From Mediterraneibacter gnavus (GTDB lineage Bacteria > Pseudomonadota > Alphaproteobacteria > RF32 > CAG-239): a DNA stretch of 64,000 nt. The notes under the pieces are model-generated. The model was not told the origin of the DNA. It did not search any database and saw nothing but the letters and a program-made list of their open reading frames with translations. This document shows, piece by piece, positions 9,197 to 16,320 of this stretch. Made by a program: the position numbers and the translations under genes. Where the stretch lies: positions 5,215-69,214 of the forward strand of contig CAVEOB010000002.1 of the NCBI GenBank assembly GCA_963617265.1. Direction: 5' to 3'. Every line of letters begins with the position of its first letter. Position 1 is the stretch's first letter.

Positions 9197-9228
9197 TTTT
9201 TTTGAATATTTGTTATATTTTAATAAAG

Positions 9229-9270
9229 AATTTACTCTCTCGTTTTTATAAAGCGGGAGTAAATTTTTTT
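9229..9270 (+). terminator. Rho-independent terminator
   Basis: Stem AATTTACTC(TC) 9229-9239 pairs with (GG)GAGTAAATT 9255-9265, followed by a T7 run. Confidence 0.6.
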
Positions 9271-9284
9271 AAACAGGTTTTATA

Positions 9285-10103
9285 GTGTCAGACGTAATAA
9301 GAGAAAATGATGTTGCCAGCGAAAAAGATGAAGAATATCCGATTCTTGATGCTCAGCGCTATCTAAATATTTTTCATCAAATTCACATTTTCAACGCCGA
9401 AAAAAGAGCTGAATTTGACCAATCCCTTTTGCAGATGAATGACAAAATTAAAAAGCTGCTGGTCAATATGCCGGGCGGAAAAGTTCTGCTGGAACATATA
9501 AAAGAACTTGAAGATGATGAAGAAGTTTCGGACGAAACGCTTAATCTGATTACTAAAAACATTGAAGAAGAAAAAAAATCAGCAGAAACGCATCACAAAA
9601 AACACAACATAAACGTAACCGTCGGCGAGCTGGCTATTGGCAATGAATTTGCTGAAAAGTTGGCAAACTCTTTGGTTGACGCACTCAAAAGCGCAAATCT
9701 GGCAACAAATTCCGACCTGACGCATACCATCAGCACAATTCCGCTTTTTGGTTCAACCTCGGCTGACGGCAGCCTGCTTATCAGCAAATCCACAATCCTT
9801 AGATTGGTATCCTGCCCCATTGCCTTGCAAAACAAACATTCGGTTTATGCCGTTAAACTTAACACTAATTGCGTTGGGCTGGATTTATCTGACAAAGCCA
9901 TACTTTATATTGACAAATCCGAGCTTATCGGCTCGGGTGATTTAGCGCTCTATTTTTTCAACAGAGCTGAAGCCAAACTGGTCCGGCTCTATACGGACGA
10001 ACGCGGACAATTATATGGTTTGCGCAGCAATCCCGAAGAAAAAATACTGTTTACTATCAGCAATATTGCAAAAATCCACAAAGTAGTGCTTATTGGACTA
10101 TAA
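9285..10103 (+). CDS. Hypothetical protein: unknown N-terminal domain plus S24/LexA-like domain, with no HTH
   Basis: 272 aa with a GTG start. The C-terminal ~120 aa (IPLFGSTSADGS...GDLALYF...KIHKVVLIGL) are a paralogue of the C-terminus of 8207-9196. The N-terminal ~135 aa (PILDAQRYLNIFHQIHIFNAEKRAEFDQSLL..PGGKVLLEHIKE..NIEEEKKS..FAEKLANSL) are a paralogue of the N-terminus of 10202-11296. Confidence 0.65.
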   Translation: MSDVIRENDVASEKDEEYPILDAQRYLNIFHQIHIFNAEKRAEFDQSLLQMNDKIKKLLVNMPGGKVLLEHIKELEDDEEVSDETLNLITKNIEEEKKSAETHHKKHNINVTVGELAIGNEFAEKLANSLVDALKSANLATNSDLTHTISTIPLFGSTSADGSLLISKSTILRLVSCPIALQNKHSVYAVKLNTNCVGLDLSDKAILYIDKSELIGSGDLALYFFNRAEAKLVRLYTDERGQLYGLRSNPEEKILFTISNIAKIHKVVLIGL

Positions 10104-10135
10104 TTTTTCGCTCTTACCGCCTATATTTTAACAAG

Positions 10136-10182
10136 AAATTTACTCTCTTGCTTATATATTGAAAAAGAATAAGTTGTTTTTT
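10136..10182 (+). terminator. Degenerate copy of the 9229-9270 terminator
   Basis: AAATTTACTCTCTTG is homologous to the 9229 arm. The 3' arm AGAATAAGTT pairs imperfectly (8 of 10 plus a wobble), followed by gTTTTTT. Confidence 0.35.
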
Positions 10183-10201
10183 ATGGAGTGAGGCATAACA
10201 G

Positions 10202-11296
10202 GTGGCAGAAGACTTAATTGATGATGATGTAGAATATTCCAGCAATCAGGAAGAGGAAGACCCGATTCTGGTTGCCCAGCGTTATTTAAATATTTTCCAC
10301 CAAATTCATATTTTCAATCAGGCAAAAAAAGATGAATTTGACGAGTCTCTGCTTAATATCTCGGAAAAAACCAAAGAATTGCTGGCAACACTGCCGGGCG
10401 GACGCGTTTTTTTGGAACACGTTAAAGAAGTCGAAGAAAAACAAGGTAAAAATTCCGGCGGCACCAGTGAACTAATCGCTCAAAACATCGAAGAAGAAAA
10501 AAAATCAATCGACAGCCTGAAACAACACTCCGGAAACGGCGGCGAACTTACTTTAGGTGCTGATTTTGCCGAAAGTTTAGCAAATTCTTTGGCGGCGGCG
10601 CTGCAAAGCAGCAATGCTGCGTCTAATAACAATATGACCGACTTGGCTATTTTGCTGAACAAATCGTTCAATGCCTATGCTGCCAGTATGCAAACTTTAA
10701 CCAACCGTCTTGCCGGTCAGGTTAATACCACAGCAGCGACACAGCAGCAAACCTTTTCTGCGGCGCCGGTGCAGCCTGCAGGAATGACAGCCCAGCAGCA
10801 AAACAATTCTTCGACCACTGTTAACAACATCAATATGGATACTTCCTACTTTAGTAGCATAAATCAAACGCTTATGCAAAATGATGCCCGCCGCCATGAA
10901 GATATGATGCAAATTATCGCTGCTTTGAATAAAAATATTCTGAACGGCATCTCCCCGTCAGAAAACAGCGATGGACTTGCCGCGGCATTAAATTACGGAA
11001 TACCAGCAACGGCTCTTGCCGAAGCATTGCGTCAAAACAACTCGCAGCAGCTTGAAGCCATAAAATCTTTCGGTAAAATGCTTGTGCAGGCAATCACCCA
11101 ATCACAGCAGGAATTAGCGCAGACCTTGACGCAGTCCGCACCGCGCTCTACCGTAAAAGTCGTGGTTTCGCAAGACGTTGATGTAGAAGACCAAACCGGC
11201 GGCAGTGCAGTTGTTTCTAAACAAAATACTTCTAATGCTCAGCAGCCGAAAAAGAATGAAAATAACAACGCAAAAAAAACTGAACCGATAAGTTAA
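10202..11296 (+). CDS. Hypothetical protein: the same unknown N-terminal domain plus a Gln/Asn/Ala-rich C-terminal region
   Basis: 364 aa with a GTG start 8 nt after GGAGTGAGG. The N-terminus (PILVAQRYLNIFHQIHIFNQAKKDEFDESLL..PGGRVFLEHVKE..NIEEEKKS..FAESLANSL) is paralogous to 9285-10103. There is no TM segment or signal peptide. Confidence 0.6.
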   Translation: MAEDLIDDDVEYSSNQEEEDPILVAQRYLNIFHQIHIFNQAKKDEFDESLLNISEKTKELLATLPGGRVFLEHVKEVEEKQGKNSGGTSELIAQNIEEEKKSIDSLKQHSGNGGELTLGADFAESLANSLAAALQSSNAASNNNMTDLAILLNKSFNAYAASMQTLTNRLAGQVNTTAATQQQTFSAAPVQPAGMTAQQQNNSSTTVNNINMDTSYFSSINQTLMQNDARRHEDMMQIIAALNKNILNGISPSENSDGLAAALNYGIPATALAEALRQNNSQQLEAIKSFGKMLVQAITQSQQELAQTLTQSAPRSTVKVVVSQDVDVEDQTGGSAVVSKQNTSNAQQPKKNENNNAKKTEPIS

Positions 11297-11337
11297 CTCA
11301 AAATTTCAGCAACGAGGCAAAAAACTCTTCTGACACT

Positions 11338-12654
11338 TTGCTTAGCCGCATAAATAAAAGCTTAAACAAAATTAACGACCTGAAAAATCAGAATAAAAAC
11401 GACCAGCAGCCAAACAAAAAAATTGATGAAAAAGACTCTAAAAAAGACAATTCGGCAAATGAGCATAAAAATAACGAGCCTTTAACTGCTAATCTTAAAG
11501 ACAAAGAAAAACAACCAATTGCCCCTGTTCAGCAGCCGAAACCTGCTCCCAAACCTGAACTGGTTAAAGAACAGCCGAAACCTGCTCCTAAACCTGAACC
11601 AGTTAAGGAACAACCGAAACCTGCTCCTAAACCTGAACCTGTTAAAGAGCAGCCGAAACCTGCGCCAAAGCTGGAACCGATTAAAGAGCAACCGAAACCT
11701 GCTACTAAACCTGAACCAGTTAAAGAGCAGCCAAAGCCTGCTCCCAAAGATGAACCTGTTAAAGAGCAGCCAAAACCTGCTCCTAAACCTGAACCGGTTA
11801 AAGAGCAGCCGAAACCTGCGCCAAAGCCTGAACCGATTAAAGAGCAGCCGAAACCTGCTCCAAAATCTGAACCTGTTAAGGAACAGCCGAAACCTGCTCC
11901 AAAATCTGAACCGGTTAAAGAGCAGCCTAAACCTGCGCCAAAGCCTGAACCGGTTAAAGAGCAACCGAAGCCGGCTCCCAAAGATGAAAACCTTAGTATA
12001 GAAGATATATTGGCAGCCATTCCTTCCGAAGATGACAATCCTTCTGAACCGGATATTTTCTCTGCTGATTCTTTCACCGCACCGGCTGCAGTTCAAAAAT
12101 CTGAACCAGCAAAACCTGTTGAAGCAAAAGCACCGCCTGTCAGCAAGCCTGCTGCAAATTTGCCGAAAGAACCTGAACCGCAAAACCCTGAGTATAAAAA
12201 GTCACAGCTGCATTCGTACGAAGATGCTTTGCTGAAAATCAAAAATGCGCTAAGCTCAGATGATGATATTTCCTTGGACAATATAAAGCCTATATCTTTG
12301 GGCGGTGACGATGAATTGCCGAAACCGCAAGCTCCGGCAGCGAATGCACAGCAAACTCAATCTGCCTCCGCAAAAGAAAACAATTCTACGGCAGACGACG
12401 GCGATTGGGAATATGTCGATGAAAACGGCAATCCGGTTTCCGGCGATGACGGCGATTGGGAATATGTTGACGAAAACGGCAATCCGGTTTCCGGCGATGA
12501 CGGCGATTGGGAATATGTCGATGAGAACGGCAATCCAATTTCCGGCGATGACGGCGATTGGGAATATGTCGACGAAAACGGTAATCCGGTTTCTGGTGAT
12601 GACGGCGATTGGGAATATGTCGATGAAAACGGCAATCCTATACCGCAAAATTAA
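11338..12654 (+). CDS. Tandem-repeat protein: Lys-rich N-terminus, 13-aa Pro/Lys/Glu repeats, and 17-aa acidic DGDWEYVDENGNP repeats
   Basis: 438 aa. The only candidate start is TTG 11338, because the frame opens at 11284 and contains no ATG or GTG. No convincing SD is present, so the start is uncertain. No signal peptide or TM segment is visible. Confidence 0.55.
   Translation: MLSRINKSLNKINDLKNQNKNDQQPNKKIDEKDSKKDNSANEHKNNEPLTANLKDKEKQPIAPVQQPKPAPKPELVKEQPKPAPKPEPVKEQPKPAPKPEPVKEQPKPAPKLEPIKEQPKPATKPEPVKEQPKPAPKDEPVKEQPKPAPKPEPVKEQPKPAPKPEPIKEQPKPAPKSEPVKEQPKPAPKSEPVKEQPKPAPKPEPVKEQPKPAPKDENLSIEDILAAIPSEDDNPSEPDIFSADSFTAPAAVQKSEPAKPVEAKAPPVSKPAANLPKEPEPQNPEYKKSQLHSYEDALLKIKNALSSDDDISLDNIKPISLGGDDELPKPQAPAANAQQTQSASAKENNSTADDGDWEYVDENGNPVSGDDGDWEYVDENGNPVSGDDGDWEYVDENGNPISGDDGDWEYVDENGNPVSGDDGDWEYVDENGNPIPQN
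11533..11988 (+). repeat. 39-bp coding tandem repeat, about 11.7 copies (QPKPAPKPEPVKE)
   Basis: I counted 11 full units plus a partial one directly in the sequence. The units differ mostly at synonymous third positions. Confidence 0.9.
12394..12648 (+). repeat. 51-bp coding tandem repeat, 5 copies (DDGDWEYVDENGNP[VI]SG)
   Basis: Five consecutive 51-bp units were read directly. The differences between units are mostly synonymous. Confidence 0.9.
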
Positions 12655-12723
12655 CAATAAAAAGGTATTTACAAACCAACAGAGCGCTAGTAAAATAGGA
12701 ACAAATTTGAGAGGATTAAAAAT

Positions 12724-13230
12724 ATGGCAGAAGAAAATCTCGCACCAATTACCAAGGAATCTCTCTGGTATGTGGACAACTACATTGTTCTGATAGATTA
12801 TTACGACCGCACGATTTCCCGCATTGCGGCGCGTTGTATCCGCAGCGGCAATATTGCGCTTGAAGAATATAAATTTTATCCTTATGTGCTTGATGTTTTA
12901 GAAGAAATTTGTGAAACCGGCAACTATATTCTAGAACATAAAGAACTCTATCCATATATAGAAAAGAAAATCGCCGGCGGTGTTGAAGCTCTGCGTAAAA
13001 ATCTCTCTATTTATCAAGAAGAGCTGACCAGCAACCAATCGCCGGAAATGCTGCGCTCCGACCCTAACGAAGTGCAAAAAATGAATGAAGTTATGAGTAA
13101 TTTTGATAAATCGGTTGATCCAACCTCTGGTGCCGGTATGAATATAGATGATTTAATGAACAAACTTATGGCAGAAAACAACATCAGCCAACATTCTGAT
13201 AACACCGATGACGATAATCAGCAGCAATAG
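12724..13230 (+). CDS. Hypothetical acidic protein
   Basis: 168 aa with a GAGAGGA RBS. The C-terminus is acidic (DNTDDDNQQQ), there is no TM segment, and I recognise no motif. Confidence 0.5.
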   Translation: MAEENLAPITKESLWYVDNYIVLIDYYDRTISRIAARCIRSGNIALEEYKFYPYVLDVLEEICETGNYILEHKELYPYIEKKIAGGVEALRKNLSIYQEELTSNQSPEMLRSDPNEVQKMNEVMSNFDKSVDPTSGAGMNIDDLMNKLMAENNISQHSDNTDDDNQQQ

Positions 13231-13242
13231 GAACACCATAAA

Positions 13243-14580
13243 ATGAAAAAACACTTTAACACTTTCAGTTTAGTTTTAGGATTGTCCGCGCTTTTATCCG
13301 GACTTTCAGCCTGCATTGCCCGCGATGATATTGATTTTGGCGAAGACAACACCGCTGCCATAAGCGCGCAAGTTCCAGCAGAAACCGTAAATCAGCCAAC
13401 TTCAGATATAAACATTATGAAGTTTTCCAAAGAAGAGATTGTGTTTAAAGACCCTGAAGAACCGGCGATTGTACGTACTCCGGAAGGAGCCAATGCTTTG
13501 GATTTGGAAACTCCGCTGCGCTGCAATGTGAACTGGAAAACCCAGCAGATGGTGCTGACTTTGCCATATATAAACTCCGCTTTCAAACTTGAGCGAAACG
13601 GTCGCAACGACCCGCTGCCGCGCTTTGAAGTAACCGGCTACACTTTTGATATGATGCCGGCAGAGCAAGCATTGGTAAAACTCACCAAAGAAGCAGGCAT
13701 ACGCGTTTCTTCTGCCGATGGTCCATATACCAGCATTTCTGCCGAAGATTTAAAAGGCGAATTTTCGGAAGTGGTTAAAATGATTGCCGATTCGGCGGAC
13801 ATTTACACCACCTACAACGCCAAAGATAAAATTTTAACTTTAAGCCGCCGCATTAATATGACGCTATATACGCCGCCGTCTCGCCCAATTATTTTAGGCT
13901 TGCTTGACGTTATCCGCGGTGCCGGAATAACCAATATTGTAACCAACTGGGCGGATTATTCCATTACATTTGACGCCGACATTGAAACCCGCAACAAAAT
14001 TCAGGAGCTGATAAAATCATTTGAAAACAGCCCTACCCTGATAGCTTATGACGTCAGCGTATTCCGTCTTTACCCGTATATTCAGCAAGATATTGAATGG
14101 AAAGATTTGCTGAACGCCTTTGACTTTGGCTCCATCACCACAGCGCAAACCGGCGTTATTGGTCGCGTATTAACCACCACAAACGACATTTCAATAGAAA
14201 AACTGCAGCAGTTCTTAGGCAACCAAGCTCAAATTGAAATAGTTTCCGAAGGTAAATTTATTGTGCCAAACTTATGGCTTTCGCGCTTTGATATAGGCAA
14301 ATGCAGCAAACCGGAAAGCAACGCTTACGGTATGTCGGTTTTGGCTAAAGCTTCAGTCGAAAAGAAAAATGAAATCTTTTCGGATATTACCTTAGAAGAA
14401 ACCGAAGGTCAGGTTACGCAATTTAAAATCCGCAGCAAGCTTGGCGAGAACTTCTTAATTATTGGCTTGCCAAATGAACTATTCGGCATTCAAAGCCCTA
14501 AGTCTGAAACCATCATCTTTATGGTTCCGCGCCTTGTCCGCACGCTAAAAACTAACGAAACCTTGAAAAACAGAATTTAA
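13243..14580 (+). CDS. Outer-membrane lipoprotein with a secretin-like C-terminal domain (tentative)
   Basis: 445 aa with a lipobox (LSGLSA-C). The C-terminus reads IEIVSEGKFIVPNLWLSRFDIG ... GMSVLAKASVEKKNEIFSDITLEE ... FKIRSKLGENFLIIGLPNE ... SETIIFMVPRLV. By eye this follows the secretin-domain pattern (..GG.i......lvifitPrii). The lipoprotein form recalls the type IVb pilus secretins (BfpB/TcpC/PilN). No HMM confirmation. Confidence 0.4.
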   Translation: MKKHFNTFSLVLGLSALLSGLSACIARDDIDFGEDNTAAISAQVPAETVNQPTSDINIMKFSKEEIVFKDPEEPAIVRTPEGANALDLETPLRCNVNWKTQQMVLTLPYINSAFKLERNGRNDPLPRFEVTGYTFDMMPAEQALVKLTKEAGIRVSSADGPYTSISAEDLKGEFSEVVKMIADSADIYTTYNAKDKILTLSRRINMTLYTPPSRPIILGLLDVIRGAGITNIVTNWADYSITFDADIETRNKIQELIKSFENSPTLIAYDVSVFRLYPYIQQDIEWKDLLNAFDFGSITTAQTGVIGRVLTTTNDISIEKLQQFLGNQAQIEIVSEGKFIVPNLWLSRFDIGKCSKPESNAYGMSVLAKASVEKKNEIFSDITLEETEGQVTQFKIRSKLGENFLIIGLPNELFGIQSPKSETIIFMVPRLVRTLKTNETLKNRI

Positions 14581-14591
14581 CGGAGAGAAAA

Positions 14592-15194
14592 ATGGAAGAA
14601 AATCAGTTTAAAAATGCGCCTCGAAAAATCAGAAAAATCAAACGTCCGCGCGCACCTGAAAATCAGCCGGCAACCTATGGAGTTCCCGAAAAAATTTCTG
14701 TACCGCAAAATAGCCTGCAAAGCGAAACCGCCGAAAATTATTACGATGACAACGGCGATGCCGAGAATATTCATTTTATCACAGATGAAGAGTTAATGCC
14801 GCAAGAGCCGGAAACCGTAACATATTTTTTGAAAAACAAAACTGTCCTGCTAATGCTGGTATTGGCAGCGCTTTTCGGTGTTGTTTTAGGCTCTACACTG
14901 TTTTCCACCCAAGAAACGGCTAAAAAAGGTCTTGACGGCGTTGTCGTAAACTCTGATGTGCCGGTAGGACGCAGCCGCTGCGGCTTAGTTGAGCCTCACC
15001 AAGGCTGCGTGCTCTATATTATGAACCCGCGCAACCAAGAAGTAACCGGCAAAGACTTTTTTGCAACTGCTGCACAATGGACGCGCCGTGAACGCTACTT
15101 GATAGAAACCGGAAATATGCACTACAGCAGCAAGCGGATTCGCCCAGGGTATATTGCCCAAATCAACATTCCGCCTCTTTCTAACAATAACTAA
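14592..15194 (+). CDS. Bitopic membrane protein, function unknown
   Basis: 200 aa with a GGAGAG RBS. It has a basic/acidic N-terminal region, a single TM helix (VLLMLVLAALFGVVLGSTLF) and a C-terminal domain of about 100 aa. It is the last gene before a strong terminator. Confidence 0.5.
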   Translation: MEENQFKNAPRKIRKIKRPRAPENQPATYGVPEKISVPQNSLQSETAENYYDDNGDAENIHFITDEELMPQEPETVTYFLKNKTVLLMLVLAALFGVVLGSTLFSTQETAKKGLDGVVVNSDVPVGRSRCGLVEPHQGCVLYIMNPRNQEVTGKDFFATAAQWTRRERYLIETGNMHYSSKRIRPGYIAQINIPPLSNNN

Positions 15195-15204
15195 CCTAAG
15201 AACC

Positions 15205-15233
15205 AAAAGCCTCCCTTTTCGGAGGCTTTTTTT
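15205..15233. terminator. Strong rho-independent terminator
   Basis: AAAAGCCTCC-CTTTTC-GGAGGCTTTTTTT: a GC-rich 6-bp stem (15209-14 / 15221-26) flanked by an A-run and a T-run. Confidence 0.8.
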
Positions 15234-15447
15234 ACTAGTTTTCGCCGCTCTCTTAAAATACCTAAAACGTGCAGATATTTTTAGTTTAACTTTTTTAGTT
15301 TAGCTTAGATATAAATAAAAAGCCTTGTGCTGCAACTACTTGGCTTTTCCCAACCGCTCAACAGAGCTGAAAGGATAAGAAATGAGCACCACTATCAAAA
15401 TGCTAAGTATAATAATTCACTTATTTTCTCCGCCCTTTGATATTTTT

Positions 15448-16320
15448 CTATTTAACTGCTTCGGCGCCGGAAATAACATCTATCAGCTCATCGGTAATAT
15501 TTTCCTGCCGCTCCTGCTGATATTCCAAATTCATCTGTTCCAAGCTTTCATCAATATTTTTTTCAGCGTTTTGCATATTGGTCATACGCGTATAATGCTC
15601 CGCCGCCAGCGAATAATTAAGCTGACTTGCCAAAGCAATAGTTAAATATTCATTCAGCAGGGCGGCAAACATCTGCTTGCGTTCAATCGGTATCAACGGA
15701 AGATTATTTGTTCCCCATGGCTTTTCTTTCAACTTTTGATAAGCGGCAAAATCAAACGGAATAATCTGCTGTTTCTGCACGCTGACCGGTTCATTTTTAT
15801 TACGCTTATGATACCAAACGCAAACATTTGTAATCTGTTCCCTGCGCGTTGCCTCATCAATTTTCATTATCACGGTTTCGGCTATGGTATTCACCATTTT
15901 CACCGAATTTGCAACAGCGTACTTGGCATAAAGTTTTAAGTTGCTTTGCGCCGCCAAGCCGCCGATTCTTTTACCGATAGTCAAAAACAATGTATTTTTA
16001 AGCGAAACGCCTTGTTTTTTTAAATCAGCCTTGGCTTTATCCAAAATCTCTTTGTTAAACTTACCGACCATACCGTTATCGGTGCCGATTAAAATCACCA
16101 GCTGCCGGTTTGGAGCTGCTTTTATTTTATTATTCGGCAGTCCACCTTGTTTAATCAAAGCCTGAAAAGCGTCCTGCAGATTGCGGCGATATTGCGCCAG
16201 CGCCGTATTTGCCTGTTCATACTGCAAAATACTTACTGAAGACAGCGCTTTCATTGTGCCGACTATCTCCCGCAAATCCTCCGTAACCTTAATCCGCTTT
16301 TTCAACGCTTCAATCGTCAT
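15448..16320 (-). CDS. atpG: ATP synthase gamma subunit (N-type operon)
   Basis: 290 aa. The N-terminus [22 protein letters not shown] and C-terminus [15 protein letters not shown] are typical of F1 gamma. It is the last gene of the atpDCQRBEFAG order. Confidence 0.85.
   Translation of the reverse strand: MTIEALKKRIKVTEDLREIVGTMKALSSVSILQYEQANTALAQYRRNLQDAFQALIKQGGLPNNKIKAAPNRQLVILIGTDNGMVGKFNKEILDKAKADLKKQGVSLKNTLFLTIGKRIGGLAAQSNLKLYAKYAVANSVKMVNTIAETVIMKIDEATRREQITNVCVWYHKRNKNEPVSVQKQQIIPFDFAAYQKLKEKPWGTNNLPLIPIERKQMFAALLNEYLTIALASQLNYSLAAEHYTRMTNMQNAEKNIDESLEQMNLEYQQERQENITDELIDVISGAEAVK

Noticed and set aside
11272-11296. Possible programmed -1 frameshift at the A8 run (11272-11279) fusing 10202-11296 to the start-less repeat ORF 11338-12654.
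   Set aside because: The downstream frame contains an in-frame TGA at 11281-11283, immediately after the A-run. A slip there would therefore terminate at once. No slippery sequence exists between 11284 and the TAA at 11294-11296.
11533-11988. CRISPR-like appearance of regularly spaced 39-bp repeats.
   Set aside because: The units are contiguous with no spacers. They are in frame within a coding sequence and vary at synonymous sites. No cas genes are present.
11482-12657. Several long ORFs in other frames or on the opposite strand across the repeat region (for example 11482-12183 minus, 11519-12001 plus, 11529-12077 minus, 12256-12657 minus, 12305-12793 plus).
   Set aside because: They are by-products of the 39-bp and 51-bp tandem repeats, because periodic sequence keeps several frames open. 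Their translations are monotonous (RFRLLFNRF.., GAGFGCSLTGS..). Only the + strand frame starting at 11338 fits the operon spacing and shows synonymous variation between repeat units.
16310-16320. Alternative genetic code (TGA read as Trp), considered because of the AT-rich, endosymbiont-like gene content.
   Set aside because: TGA closes atpA, atpC and lnt at the expected protein lengths, with coupled downstream starts. The standard code 11 fits.
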